DNA of 12,421 bases. Origin: a bacterium. GTDB taxonomy: Bacteria; Sysuimicrobiota; Sysuimicrobiia; Sysuimicrobiales; Kaftiobacteriaceae. The position numbers and the translations under genes were made by a program. How positions within the stretch are numbered: position 1 is the first letter of the stretch; each line of letters opens with the position of its first letter. A model generated the notes under the pieces. It was not told where the DNA came from. It ran no database searches and saw only the letters and a list, made by a program, of their open reading frames with translations. Below, in pieces: positions 1 to 7,803 of the stretch. Where the stretch lies: positions 1 through 12,421 of the forward strand of contig JBIOWP010000090.1 in the NCBI GenBank assembly GCA_044868695.1, written 5' to 3'.

Positions 1-150
1 GGGGCCGGCATTGTGGCCGACTCCGTCCCGGAACGCGAGTACGTGGAGACGGTCAACAAAGCGAAGGCCTTGGTTCGCGCCTTGGAGCGCGTCAATCGCG
101 CGAACCAGGGAACGCGGGAACGAGGGAACACGGGAGCGCGAACGCCGTGA
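1..150 (+). CDS. trpE: Anthranilate synthase component I, C-terminal end (partial; absent from ORF track)
   Basis: Frame 1 reads [62 protein letters not shown] is the C-terminal signature of chorismate-binding enzymes (TrpE/PabB). Stop TGA 148-150 overlaps the trpG GTG (GTGA). Operon context favours trpE over pabB. Confidence 0.9.
   Translation, partial: GAGIVADSVPEREYVETVNKAKALVRALERVNRANQGTRERGNTGARTP
99..138 (+). repeat. Degenerate 8-bp tandem repeat, core (A/C)GGGAAC(G/A), in the trpE 3' tail
   Basis: Units: CGCGAACC 99-106, AGGGAACG 107-114, CGGGAACG 115-122, AGGGAACA 123-130, CGGGAGCG 131-138. GGG tracts at 108, 116, 124 and 132. Confidence 0.75.
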
Positions 151-725
151 TTGTCGTCATCGACAACTATGATTCGTTCACCTACAACCTCGTGCAATAC
201 CTGGGCGAGCTCACGGGAGACGTGCGGGTGTTCCGCAACGATCAGACGAGAGTGGGGGAAATTCTGGCGCTGGCCCCGGCCGCGGTGGTGATCTCTCCTG
301 GGCCGTGTACACCCAACGAGGCGGGGATTTCGACGGAGTTGGTCATGGCGCTTGTCGATCGCGTCCCCGTCCTGGGCGTCTGCCTGGGGCACCAGTGCAT
401 CGGCGCCGCGTTCGGCGGCCGGATCGTGCGGGCCCCGGTGCCGGTGCACGGCAAGGTCTCGGCGGTCCGCCACGACGGCCGCACGATCTACGCGGGGCTG
501 CCCAACCCCCTGGTCGGGACCCGCTACCACTCGCTCGTGATCGACCGCGACACATTGCCGGAGGCGCTCGAAGTCTCGGCTGAGTTACCGGACGGCACCA
601 TCATGGGCGTACGGCACAAGCGGGCGCTGCTGGAAGGAGTGCAGTTTCATCCCGAGTCGGTGCTGACCGCCGCGGGGAAGGATCTGCTGCGCAACTTCCT
701 CACGCTGGCGGCCGACGGGAGGTAA
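147..725 (+). CDS. trpG: Anthranilate synthase component II (class I glutamine amidotransferase, TrpG/PabA family)
   Basis: Motifs [25 protein letters not shown] (catalytic Cys), RYHSL and QFHPES (His-Glu of the triad). GTG start overlaps the trpE stop; GGGAG at 132-136. Confidence 0.95.
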   Translation: MIVVIDNYDSFTYNLVQYLGELTGDVRVFRNDQTRVGEILALAPAAVVISPGPCTPNEAGISTELVMALVDRVPVLGVCLGHQCIGAAFGGRIVRAPVPVHGKVSAVRHDGRTIYAGLPNPLVGTRYHSLVIDRDTLPEALEVSAELPDGTIMGVRHKRALLEGVQFHPESVLTAAGKDLLRNFLTLAADGR

Positions 726-730
726 GCCGG

Positions 731-1750
731 GTGGCCATCAAAGAGGCGCTAAGGCGCGTCATCGATCGTGTGGATCTCACCGAGCAAGAGGCGTGGGCCG
801 CCATGGGTGAGGTCATGGACGGGCAGGCCACGCCGGCGCAGATCGCCGCGCTGGTGACCGCGCTCCGAATGAAGGGCGAGACGGTGCAGGAAATTGCCGG
901 GTTTGCGCGGGCGATGCGCGAGCGCGCTCAGCGGATTACCCCCAAAGCGGACACGCTGATCGACGTCGTCGGCACAGGCGGCGACCGGATGAGCACGTTC
1001 AACATCAGCACGACCAGCGCGTTCGTCGTCGCCGCGGCGGGTGGCTACGTGGCCAAGCACGGGAACCGGGCGGTCTCGCGGCTGTCCGGCGCTGCGGACG
1101 TGCTCGAGGCGCTCGGCGTGCAGATTCAGGTGGCCCCCGACGTGGTACGGCGGGCCATCGAGGACATCGGCATCGGCTTCATGTTCGCGCCGATCTACCA
1201 CTCGGCGATGAAGCACGCGGTCGGGCCCCGAAAGGAGATCGGGATCCGGACGGTGTTCAACATCCTCGGCCCTCTGACGAATCCAGCCAACGCCAGCGCC
1301 CTCGTCGTCGGCACATACGATCCGGCGCTGACCGAGGTGATGGCGCACGTCCTGGGCGAGATGGGGGCGCGCCGGGCGATGGTCGTGCATGGACTCGACG
1401 GGATCGACGAAGTCTCGACTGTCGGGCCGACGCGGATCTCCGAGGTGCGCAACGGGGCCGTGCGGACGTACACGATTACGCCGGAGGATCTGGGGCTGCC
1501 CGGCGCGTCGCCCGAGGCGATCGCCGGCGGCCGGCCCGAGGAAAACGCAGCGATTACGAGCTCCGTGCTGCAGGGAGAACGCGGTCCGCGCGGCGACATC
1601 GTGCGGGCGAACGCCGGCGCGGCGTTGATCGTCGCGGGGCTGGCCGGCGACTGGAAAGACGGGATCGAGCTGGCGGGGCGCGCGATCACGTCCGGCGCTG
1701 CGTACGAGAAGCTGGAAGCGCTCCGGGCGCACTCGCGGGCGGCGGCGTGA
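731..1750 (+). CDS. trpD: Anthranilate phosphoribosyltransferase
   Basis: LRMKGET, GTGGD..STFNIST, AKHGNRAVS..SGAADVLEALG, RTVFNILGPLTNP, HGLDGIDE. GGGAGG SD at 717-722 before GTG 731. Confidence 0.97.
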   Translation: MAIKEALRRVIDRVDLTEQEAWAAMGEVMDGQATPAQIAALVTALRMKGETVQEIAGFARAMRERAQRITPKADTLIDVVGTGGDRMSTFNISTTSAFVVAAAGGYVAKHGNRAVSRLSGAADVLEALGVQIQVAPDVVRRAIEDIGIGFMFAPIYHSAMKHAVGPRKEIGIRTVFNILGPLTNPANASALVVGTYDPALTEVMAHVLGEMGARRAMVVHGLDGIDEVSTVGPTRISEVRNGAVRTYTITPEDLGLPGASPEAIAGGRPEENAAITSSVLQGERGPRGDIVRANAGAALIVAGLAGDWKDGIELAGRAITSGAAYEKLEALRAHSRAAA

Positions 1751-2523
1751 TTCTCGACGAGATCGTCGCCGACAAGCGCGCGGAAGTGGCCTCGCGCATG
1801 GCGCGGCGGCCCGCCGCAGACATAGCGGCGGCCGCGAACCGTGCGGAGCCGCCGGAGGGGTTTCGCAAGGCGCTGTCGGGCCCGGGGCTGGCCGTCATCG
1901 CCGAGATCAAGGGCGCGTCGCCATCGGCCGGAGTGATCCGGAACTGGTTTGATCCCGCCGCCGTGGCGCGGGCGTACGAGGCGGGCGGCGCGGCCGCACT
2001 GTCGGTACTGACCGATGCAAAATATTTCGGCGGATCATGGGAGGCGCTGGCGCTGGTGCGCCGCGCCACGCGGCTGCCGGTGCTGTGCAAGGAGTTTGTC
2101 GTGGACGGCTATCAAATCGATGAGGCTCGGGAGTCGGGCGCGTCGGCCGTGCTCCTGATCGCGGCGATCCTTACCGGGGCGCGGCTGGCTCAGTTTCTGG
2201 ACCATGTCCGCCGCCGTGGGATGGACGCGCTAGTGGAAGTGCACACGCCGGACGAGGCCGCGGTGGCGGTCGACGCCGGCGCCGACCTCATCGGCATTAA
2301 CAACCGCGATCTGCGGACGCTGCGCGTGGATCTGGGGACCACGCCGCGGCTGCGGCCGATGATCCCGCCCGGGATCGTGGTGGTCAGCGAAAGCGGGTTT
2401 GAGACGAGAGAGCAGGTGGCCGGCGCCCAGCGGGCGGGAGCCCACGCGGTGCTGGTCGGCACCAGTCTGATGGCCAGCCCGGATCCGGCCGCCAAGCTCC
2501 GCGAGCTCAGAGGTATTCGGTAG
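1747..2523 (+). CDS. trpC: Indole-3-glycerol phosphate synthase
   Basis: ILDEIVADK, IAEIKGASPSAG, LSVLTD..YFGGS, LVEVH, IGINNRDL, VSESG, LVGTSLM. GTGA overlap with the trpD stop. Confidence 0.96.
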   Translation: MILDEIVADKRAEVASRMARRPAADIAAAANRAEPPEGFRKALSGPGLAVIAEIKGASPSAGVIRNWFDPAAVARAYEAGGAAALSVLTDAKYFGGSWEALALVRRATRLPVLCKEFVVDGYQIDEARESGASAVLLIAAILTGARLAQFLDHVRRRGMDALVEVHTPDEAAVAVDAGADLIGINNRDLRTLRVDLGTTPRLRPMIPPGIVVVSESGFETREQVAGAQRAGAHAVLVGTSLMASPDPAAKLRELRGIR

Positions 2524-2545
2524 GCAGAGGGTTGGTGAGGGACGA

Positions 2546-3589
2546 ATGGCGCAGCGAACAGACGTCCGGCAACGCCCAGCCCCGACGAGTACCACGCGGG
2601 TGCCGGTGCGCGTATTCTCCGGGATCCAGCCGACCGGCGTCGTGCACATCGGCAATTACGTCGGTGCGATCCGGCAGTGGGCCCAACTGCAGCGGGAGTT
2701 CGAGTCCTACTTCTGCATCGTCGATCTGCACGCGGTCACGGTGCCGTACGATCCGCCCGAATTCCCGCAGCGGGTGCTGGAAGCGGCCGCGGCCAACGTC
2801 GCCGCCGGGATCGATCCTGCGCAGTCGGTGCTGTTCGTGCAGTCTCACGTTCCCGAGCACTGCGAGTTGATGTGGCTGCTCAACGTCCTGACGCCCGTGG
2901 GGCAGCTCGAGCGCATGACCCAGTTCAAAGAAAAGAGCCGCCGGGCCAAGACCGGGGTGATGGCCGGGTTGCTCAACTATCCAGTCCTACAGGCTGCGGA
3001 CGTGCTGCTGTACAAGGCGTCGCTCGTGCCGGTGGGGGAGGACCAGGTGCAGCACGTCGAGCTGATGCGGGACATCGCCGAGCGTTTCAACAAGCAGTAC
3101 GGCGAGACGTTTCCGCTGCCGGCGGTGCGGCTGACCAAGGGCGCGCGCATCATGGCCCTCAACGATCCCAAGGCCAAGATGAGCAAGAGCGTGGCGGGCA
3201 GCTACATCGCGCTGGTGGAAGATCCCGAGTCGATCCGCAAGAAGGTGCGGGCGGCGGTGACCGATCCCGGTCCGCCGGCGAAGGGATCGAAGCTGGACGA
3301 CGCGAGTCCCGGCGTGGCGAACCTGTTCACGCTGCTGGAGGTGTTCGCGCCGCAACGCTACCAGGAGTTTGCGGAGGCGTACCGCCAGGGGACGATCCGG
3401 TACAGCGAGCTGAAGCAGGCGCTGGCCGACGCGATCGTAAACACGTTTGCGCCGGTGCGCGAGCGGTACCGGCAGCTGGTGGGCCGCCCGGACGACGTCC
3501 GGGATATCCTGACCGACGGCGCGCGCCGCGCCCGCCCTGTGGCGGAAACGACCATGGACGAAGTCAGAAGGAGAATGGGGTTGCGATGA
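2546..3589 (+). CDS. trpS: Tryptophanyl-tRNA synthetase
   Basis: FSGIQPTG.VHIGNY (HIGH motif), FCIVDLHAVT, FVQSHVPEH, RMTQFKEK, YPVLQAADVLLY, VPVGEDQ.QH.EL.RDIA.RFN, KMSKS. The start could be somewhat later because the first ~18 aa are low complexity. Confidence 0.97.
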   Translation: MAQRTDVRQRPAPTSTTRVPVRVFSGIQPTGVVHIGNYVGAIRQWAQLQREFESYFCIVDLHAVTVPYDPPEFPQRVLEAAAANVAAGIDPAQSVLFVQSHVPEHCELMWLLNVLTPVGQLERMTQFKEKSRRAKTGVMAGLLNYPVLQAADVLLYKASLVPVGEDQVQHVELMRDIAERFNKQYGETFPLPAVRLTKGARIMALNDPKAKMSKSVAGSYIALVEDPESIRKKVRAAVTDPGPPAKGSKLDDASPGVANLFTLLEVFAPQRYQEFAEAYRQGTIRYSELKQALADAIVNTFAPVRERYRQLVGRPDDVRDILTDGARRARPVAETTMDEVRRRMGLR

Positions 3590-3705
3590 GGCTAAACCGG
3601 GGGACCAGGGACCAGGGACCGGGGACCGGACCGTGCGGTGGCGATTCACAGAGTATTTCCTGGTCCCGGGTCCCGGGTCCCCGGTCCCGCAGCGTCGTAT
3701 CATGA
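3586..3705 (+). CDS. Putative 39-aa bridging mini-ORF between trpS and trpF (translation unproven)
   Basis: ATG 3586 overlaps the trpS TGA and TGA 3703-3705 overlaps the trpF ATG 3702. Reads [45 protein letters not shown] at 3568-3573. The peptide is repeat-derived with no recognisable family. Confidence 0.4.
   Translation: MRLNRGTRDQGPGTGPCGGDSQSISWSRVPGPRSRSVVS
3601..3688. repeat. Inverted pair of heptamer tandem arrays, (GGGACCR)x4 ... (NGGTCCC)x4, forming a long hairpin
   Basis: Left arm GGGACCA GGGACCA GGGACCG GGGACCG (3601-3628). Right arm TGGTCCC GGGTCCC GGGTCCC CGGTCCC (3661-3688). Four GGGACC/GGTCCC 6-bp blocks pair; spacer about 30 nt. Confidence 0.92.
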
Positions 3706-4331
3706 CCCGGATCAAGATCTGTGGTATCGCGGATGTCGACTCCGCGCTCGTGGCCGCCGAGGCCGGCGCGGACGCGGTCGGTCTGATCTTTGCTCCGAGC
3801 CGGCGGCAGGTGCCCCCCGAGCGGGCGGCCGAGATCGCGGCCTCCCTGCCGCCGTTCGTATCCAAAGTGGGCGTGTTTGTCGACGAAGCGCCGGCCAGAA
3901 TCGAGGAGCTCGTGGCCGCCTGCGGCCTGGATGCCGTGCAGCTCCACGGCAGCGAGCCGGCGGAGGCGTGCGAGGCGTTTCGTGTTCCGGTGATCAAGGC
4001 GATCCGCGTGAAGGACGCGTCATCGCTTGCATTGATGGACGGGTTTCGGGTGGGCGCGTTCCTGCTGGACACGTACGATGCCTCTGCCCTGGGTGGGACG
4101 GGAAAGATCTTCGACTGGTCCCTGGCTGCCCGCGCGGCGCAAATCCGCCGCATCATCCTCTCCGGCGGGCTCACCGTTGACACTGTGGCCGGTGGGCTCG
4201 ACCGTGTGCGTCCTTACGGGGTGGATGTCAGCAGCGGCGTGGAGACCGGCGGGCGCAAGGATCACGCGAAGATTCGAGCGTTCGTCCGGCGTGTGCGGGA
4301 GTGGGATGCTGCACAGGTGCGCGATGAGTAG
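3702..4331 (+). CDS. trpF: Phosphoribosylanthranilate isomerase
   Basis: MTRIKICGI (canonical TrpF N-terminus with catalytic Cys), [30 protein letters not shown]...[23 protein letters not shown]. Start placed at ATG 3702 rather than the track's GTG 3633. Confidence 0.95.
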   Translation: MTRIKICGIADVDSALVAAEAGADAVGLIFAPSRRQVPPERAAEIAASLPPFVSKVGVFVDEAPARIEELVAACGLDAVQLHGSEPAEACEAFRVPVIKAIRVKDASSLALMDGFRVGAFLLDTYDASALGGTGKIFDWSLAARAAQIRRIILSGGLTVDTVAGGLDRVRPYGVDVSSGVETGGRKDHAKIRAFVRRVREWDAAQVRDE

Positions 4332-5508
4332 CGTGACCGAGAAGGGCCGCTTCGGCAAGTACGGTGGGCGCTACGTTCCCGAAACGCTCATCCCCGCGCT
4401 GGAAGAGCTTGAGCGCGAATACGATCGTTACCGGCAGGACCAGAAGTTCCAGGAGGAGCTGACCTATTATCTGCGCCGGTACTGCGGCCGGCCCACACCC
4501 CTGTACTTTGCCGAGCGCCTCACCGAGCGGCTGGGAGGCGCCGCCGTCTACCTCAAGCGAGAAGACCTCCTGCACACCGGCGCGCACAAGATCAACAACA
4601 CCATGGGCCAGGTGCTGCTCGCGCGGCGCATGGGGAGACGGCGGGTGATCGCCGAAACCGGCGCCGGCCAGCACGGGGTGGCCACCGCGACGGCCGCGGC
4701 GATGTTCGGCCTCGAGTGCGAGGTGTACATGGGCTCCGAGGACATGATCCGCCAGGAGCTCAACGTATTCCGGATGCGGCTGCTCGGCGCGCGGGTGATC
4801 CCCGTGGAGAGCGGCAGCCGGACGCTCAAGGATGCGATCAACGAGGCGCTCCGCGATTGGGTGACCAACGTCCGGACGACCTTCTATGTCATCGGCTCGG
4901 TGGTCGGCCCCCACCCGTACCCGACGATGGTCCGTGATTTTCAGTCCGTCATCGGCAGGGAGGCCCGCGCGCAGATCCAGGAGGAGCGGGGGCGGCTTCC
5001 CGAGTACCTGGTCGCCTGCGTCGGGGGCGGCAGCAACGCCATGGGTCTGTTCTATCCTTTCAAGGACGATGCGGGCGTGAAGATGGTCGGCGTTGAGGCC
5101 GGCGGGCTGGGGCTCGCCACCGGACAGCACGCGGCGACCCTCGGCGTGGGAAGGCCGGGCGTGCTTCACGGCGCGTTTTCGTACCTGCTCCAAGACGGGG
5201 GTGGGCAGGTCGCGTCCACGCACTCTGTGTCCGCGGGGTTGGACTATCCCGGGGTGGGACCGGAGCACAGCTACTTCAAAGATACAGGCCGGGCGCAGTA
5301 CGTCGCCGTGACCGACCAGGAAGCGCTGGCCGGGTTCCGGCTCCTGGCCGAGACCGAAGGCATTATTCCCGCGCTTGAGCCAGCCCACGCGATCGCCCAC
5401 CTGCGCACACTGGCGCCGGCGCTCGGCCGGGAGCAGGCCATCGTCGTCGGGTTGTCCGGCCGCGGCGACAAGGACGTCCAGCATGTGTCCAGGATCCTCA
5501 GGCCATGA
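4324..5508 (+). CDS. trpB: Tryptophan synthase beta chain
   Basis: [30 protein letters not shown] (PLP lysine), [40 protein letters not shown]. Start ATG 4324 overlaps the trpF end by 8 nt; the track start at 4078 lies inside trpF. Confidence 0.98.
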   Translation: MSSVTEKGRFGKYGGRYVPETLIPALEELEREYDRYRQDQKFQEELTYYLRRYCGRPTPLYFAERLTERLGGAAVYLKREDLLHTGAHKINNTMGQVLLARRMGRRRVIAETGAGQHGVATATAAAMFGLECEVYMGSEDMIRQELNVFRMRLLGARVIPVESGSRTLKDAINEALRDWVTNVRTTFYVIGSVVGPHPYPTMVRDFQSVIGREARAQIQEERGRLPEYLVACVGGGSNAMGLFYPFKDDAGVKMVGVEAGGLGLATGQHAATLGVGRPGVLHGAFSYLLQDGGGQVASTHSVSAGLDYPGVGPEHSYFKDTGRAQYVAVTDQEALAGFRLLAETEGIIPALEPAHAIAHLRTLAPALGREQAIVVGLSGRGDKDVQHVSRILRP

Positions 5509-6314
5509 GCCGGCTCGCGGCCACCTTCGACCGGCTGCGCCAGGCGCCGCGGACGGCGCTCATGCCGTTCGTCGTGGCCGGTGATCCCGATCTCATGACG
5601 ACGGCTCAGGCCATCGGCGCGCTGGTCCGCGCAGGCGCTGACGTCATTGAGCTTGGCGTCCCGTTCTCGGATCCCGTCGCAGATGGTCCCGTCAACCAGC
5701 GGGCGTACCAGCGGGCGCTGGCCGGCGGCACAACCCTCGGGATGGTGCTCGGCGCGCTGGAGCGCGAACGACCGCCGGTGCCCGTAGTCCTGCTCTCCTA
5801 CTACAACCCGATCGTGCAGTACGGGGTGGCCCGCTTCTGCGCGGATGCTGCGCGCGGCGGCGTCGACGGCGTGGTGATCCCCGACCTGCCCGCCGACGAG
5901 GCCGACGAACTGATCGCCGCGGCACGCCCGGCCGGGCTGGACACAATCTTCCTGCTGGCCCCGACCAGCACCGATGCCCGCATCGCCCTGGCTGCCGCCC
6001 GGTCGAGCGGGTTCATCTACTGCGTTTCGGTCACCGGTGTGACGGGGACGCGTGACCGGCTTCCGGAAGAGCTCACAGGGTTCGCCCGGAAAGTGAAAAG
6101 CCTCACCGGGCTGCCGGTGTGCGTGGGGTTCGGCGTGTCGACAGCGGACCACGCCCGCGCGGTCGCGGAGTGCGCCGACGGCGTCATAGTCGGCAGCGCC
6201 CTGGTGGCGATGCTCGAGCCGGGCGGTGGGGGCGTCGCAGGAATGGAGAAGTTCGTGGGTGAACTCCGCCGCGCGATCGACACTGTCGCGGCACGGGGAA
6301 CCGGATCGCCCTGA
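5505..6314 (+). CDS. trpA: Tryptophan synthase alpha chain
   Basis: [24 protein letters not shown] (catalytic Glu/Asp), [39 protein letters not shown] overlap with trpB. Confidence 0.97.
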   Translation: MSRLAATFDRLRQAPRTALMPFVVAGDPDLMTTAQAIGALVRAGADVIELGVPFSDPVADGPVNQRAYQRALAGGTTLGMVLGALERERPPVPVVLLSYYNPIVQYGVARFCADAARGGVDGVVIPDLPADEADELIAAARPAGLDTIFLLAPTSTDARIALAAARSSGFIYCVSVTGVTGTRDRLPEELTGFARKVKSLTGLPVCVGFGVSTADHARAVAECADGVIVGSALVAMLEPGGGGVAGMEKFVGELRRAIDTVAARGTGSP

Positions 6315-6748
6315 TCTCCCTCCGCACCCTGTGCTTCCTGCGGCGAGATACTCGCGTCCTGCTGATCCACGGCCGCAACCCCCCCAATGCCGGGCTGTGG
6401 AACGGGATCGGCGGCAAGCTTGAGGGCGGAGAGGACCCTTACACCGCGTGCCTGCGTGAGATCCGCGAGGAGACCGGCCTTTCGGTCGACCATCCCGTCC
6501 TGCGCGCGCTGCTCGTCGTGACGATGAAGGCGACCGGAGACGTCCAGGTGGTCTTCGTCTTTGTGGCCGACGCTCCGGGGGGAGACCTCGTCCCTTCGAG
6601 CGAGGGCGATCTGGAGTGGGTGGAGGTCGACCGGGTCGCGGCGAGGCCGGTGCCCGGCGACCTTCCGGGGATGCTGTCCCGCATCCTTGACGGCGGTGAT
6701 GTCTACGTGACGCGCGTGGAGGACGAGTCGGACCCTGCCCCATCATGA
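6311..6748 (+). CDS. Nudix hydrolase, MutT/MutX-like (probable 8-oxo-dGTP diphosphatase), about 145 aa, apparent CTG start
   Basis: The frame of track ORF 6518..6748 is open upstream: [57 protein letters not shown], a perfect Nudix box GX5EX7REUXEEXGU, with a later SSEGDLEW. CTG 6311 overlaps the trpA TGA. Substrate is inferred from family resemblance. Confidence 0.85.
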   Translation: MISLRTLCFLRRDTRVLLIHGRNPPNAGLWNGIGGKLEGGEDPYTACLREIREETGLSVDHPVLRALLVVTMKATGDVQVVFVFVADAPGGDLVPSSEGDLEWVEVDRVAARPVPGDLPGMLSRILDGGDVYVTRVEDESDPAPS

Positions 6749-7764
6749 ATACCGTCATCGTCGCCGACCTCCTCATCCTGACGCTCGTGCTTGCGCTGCC
6801 CCTCGCGTCCCACCGCGTCGAGCAGAACCTGGAGGCGTTTCTCTTCATCATGGGAGTGCTGTCGGCCCTCGCCGCCGGGGTACTCTCCGGCACATTGGTC
6901 CGGGACGCGTTGACTCATCCCGTCCCCATTACGCTGGCGGTGCTGGCGTCCGGCTTCCTCTTCAAGTGGACCCGCCACCGTATCGGTCCCGCCCTCGTAC
7001 AATTGAGGCTCGTCATCCCGATGCGGGTGATGCTCGGCGTGCTGGTCACCGTCCTGGCACTGTTGAGCAGCGTCATCACGGTGATTATCGCCTCGCTGGT
7101 CCTGGTCGAGGTGATCAGCGCCCTGCGTTTCCAGAGCGAGGACGAGTCCCGTCTGGTGGTCGTCGCCTGCATGGCTCTTGGGCTGGGGGCGGCGTTGACC
7201 CCCATCGGCGAGCCTCTGTCCACCATCGCCACCGCCAAATTGCATGAGGACTTCTGGTTCCTCATGCGGCTGCTGGGGCCGTGGGTGATTCCCGGGATCG
7301 TCTTGCTCGGCGTGTGGACAGGGTTTCAACCGCTGCGGTACGCCGGCGAGACGCTCACAGAACCCGAGGAGCAGGAGACGACTCGCGGTGTGGTGACCCG
7401 CGCGCTGCGCGTGTACTTGTTCGTCATGGCCCTGACACTGCTCGGGGAAGGATTCAAGCCGGTCATCGACCGTTTTGTGATCGCCCTGGACGCCAGGTCG
7501 TTGTACTGGATCAACCTGGTGTCCGCGATCCTCGACAACGCGACCCTGACGGCAGCGGAGATCAGCCCCAAGATGCACGTGGATCAGGTGCGCGCGGTGC
7601 TGATGGGCCTGCTTATCAGCGGCGGGATGCTGATTCCGGGGAACATCCCCAACATCATCGCCGCGAGTAAGCTCAAAATCCGCAGCCGGACCTGGGCCCG
7701 GTACGGCATCCCGCTCGGACTCGTCCTGCTCATTGCATACTTCATCGCCCTCTTCGTGATCTAG
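6745..7764 (+). CDS. DUF1646-family multi-pass membrane protein (predicted cation transporter)
   Basis: Many hydrophobic segments. Motifs VEQNLEAFLFIMG, LGAALTPIGEPLSTIA, SAILDNATLTAAEI and GGMLIPGNIPNIIAA, recognised from memory as DUF1646. ATGA overlap with the Nudix stop. Confidence 0.82.
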   Translation: MNTVIVADLLILTLVLALPLASHRVEQNLEAFLFIMGVLSALAAGVLSGTLVRDALTHPVPITLAVLASGFLFKWTRHRIGPALVQLRLVIPMRVMLGVLVTVLALLSSVITVIIASLVLVEVISALRFQSEDESRLVVVACMALGLGAALTPIGEPLSTIATAKLHEDFWFLMRLLGPWVIPGIVLLGVWTGFQPLRYAGETLTEPEEQETTRGVVTRALRVYLFVMALTLLGEGFKPVIDRFVIALDARSLYWINLVSAILDNATLTAAEISPKMHVDQVRAVLMGLLISGGMLIPGNIPNIIAASKLKIRSRTWARYGIPLGLVLLIAYFIALFVI

Positions 7765-7767
7765 TCG

Positions 7768-7794
7768 GCAGGGTATCCTCGCACCCGCCCGAAG
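7768..7794 (+). promoter_or_regulatory. Possible sigma-H-like promoter (GCAGGGTAT-N14-GAAG)
   Basis: Lies in the 39-bp gap 7765-7803. Resembles the Bacillus sigma-H consensus (RNAGGAWWW...GAAT) with compatible spacing but several mismatches. The downstream GTG has no SD. Confidence 0.25.
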
Positions 7795-7803
7795 TCCCAA
7801 CGC

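Noticed and set aside
1..146. trp leader peptide or attenuator
   Set aside because: The operon 5' end lies outside the window, so upstream regulation cannot be assessed.
2078..2100. TrpC motif variant VLCKEFV versus the usual ILRKDFI
   Set aside because: The catalytic Lys and other active-site motifs are retained, so this is ordinary divergence.
2521..2545. TAG/GAG triplets before trpS as a TRAP binding site
   Set aside because: Only three irregularly spaced triplets, whereas TRAP sites have roughly 9-11 closely spaced (G/U)AG repeats; better explained as an SD region.
2677..3585. Upstream part of the 342-aa + strand ORF 2677..3705
   Set aside because: Out-of-frame shadow of trpS; only the portion from ATG 3586 is considered plausible.
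3601..3700. Hairpin as a Rho-independent terminator, CRISPR array or T-box
   Set aside because: No U-tract on either strand, no repeat-spacer structure, and no T-box motif or specifier stem recognised.
3633..3701. Extended trpF start at GTG 3633
   Set aside because: The extension is repeat-derived, starts inside the hairpin loop and lacks a clear SD; TrpF homology begins at ATG 3702.
3698..3703. TATCAT as a -10 box for trpF
   Set aside because: It overlaps the trpF ATG, so a transcript from it would begin downstream of the start codon.
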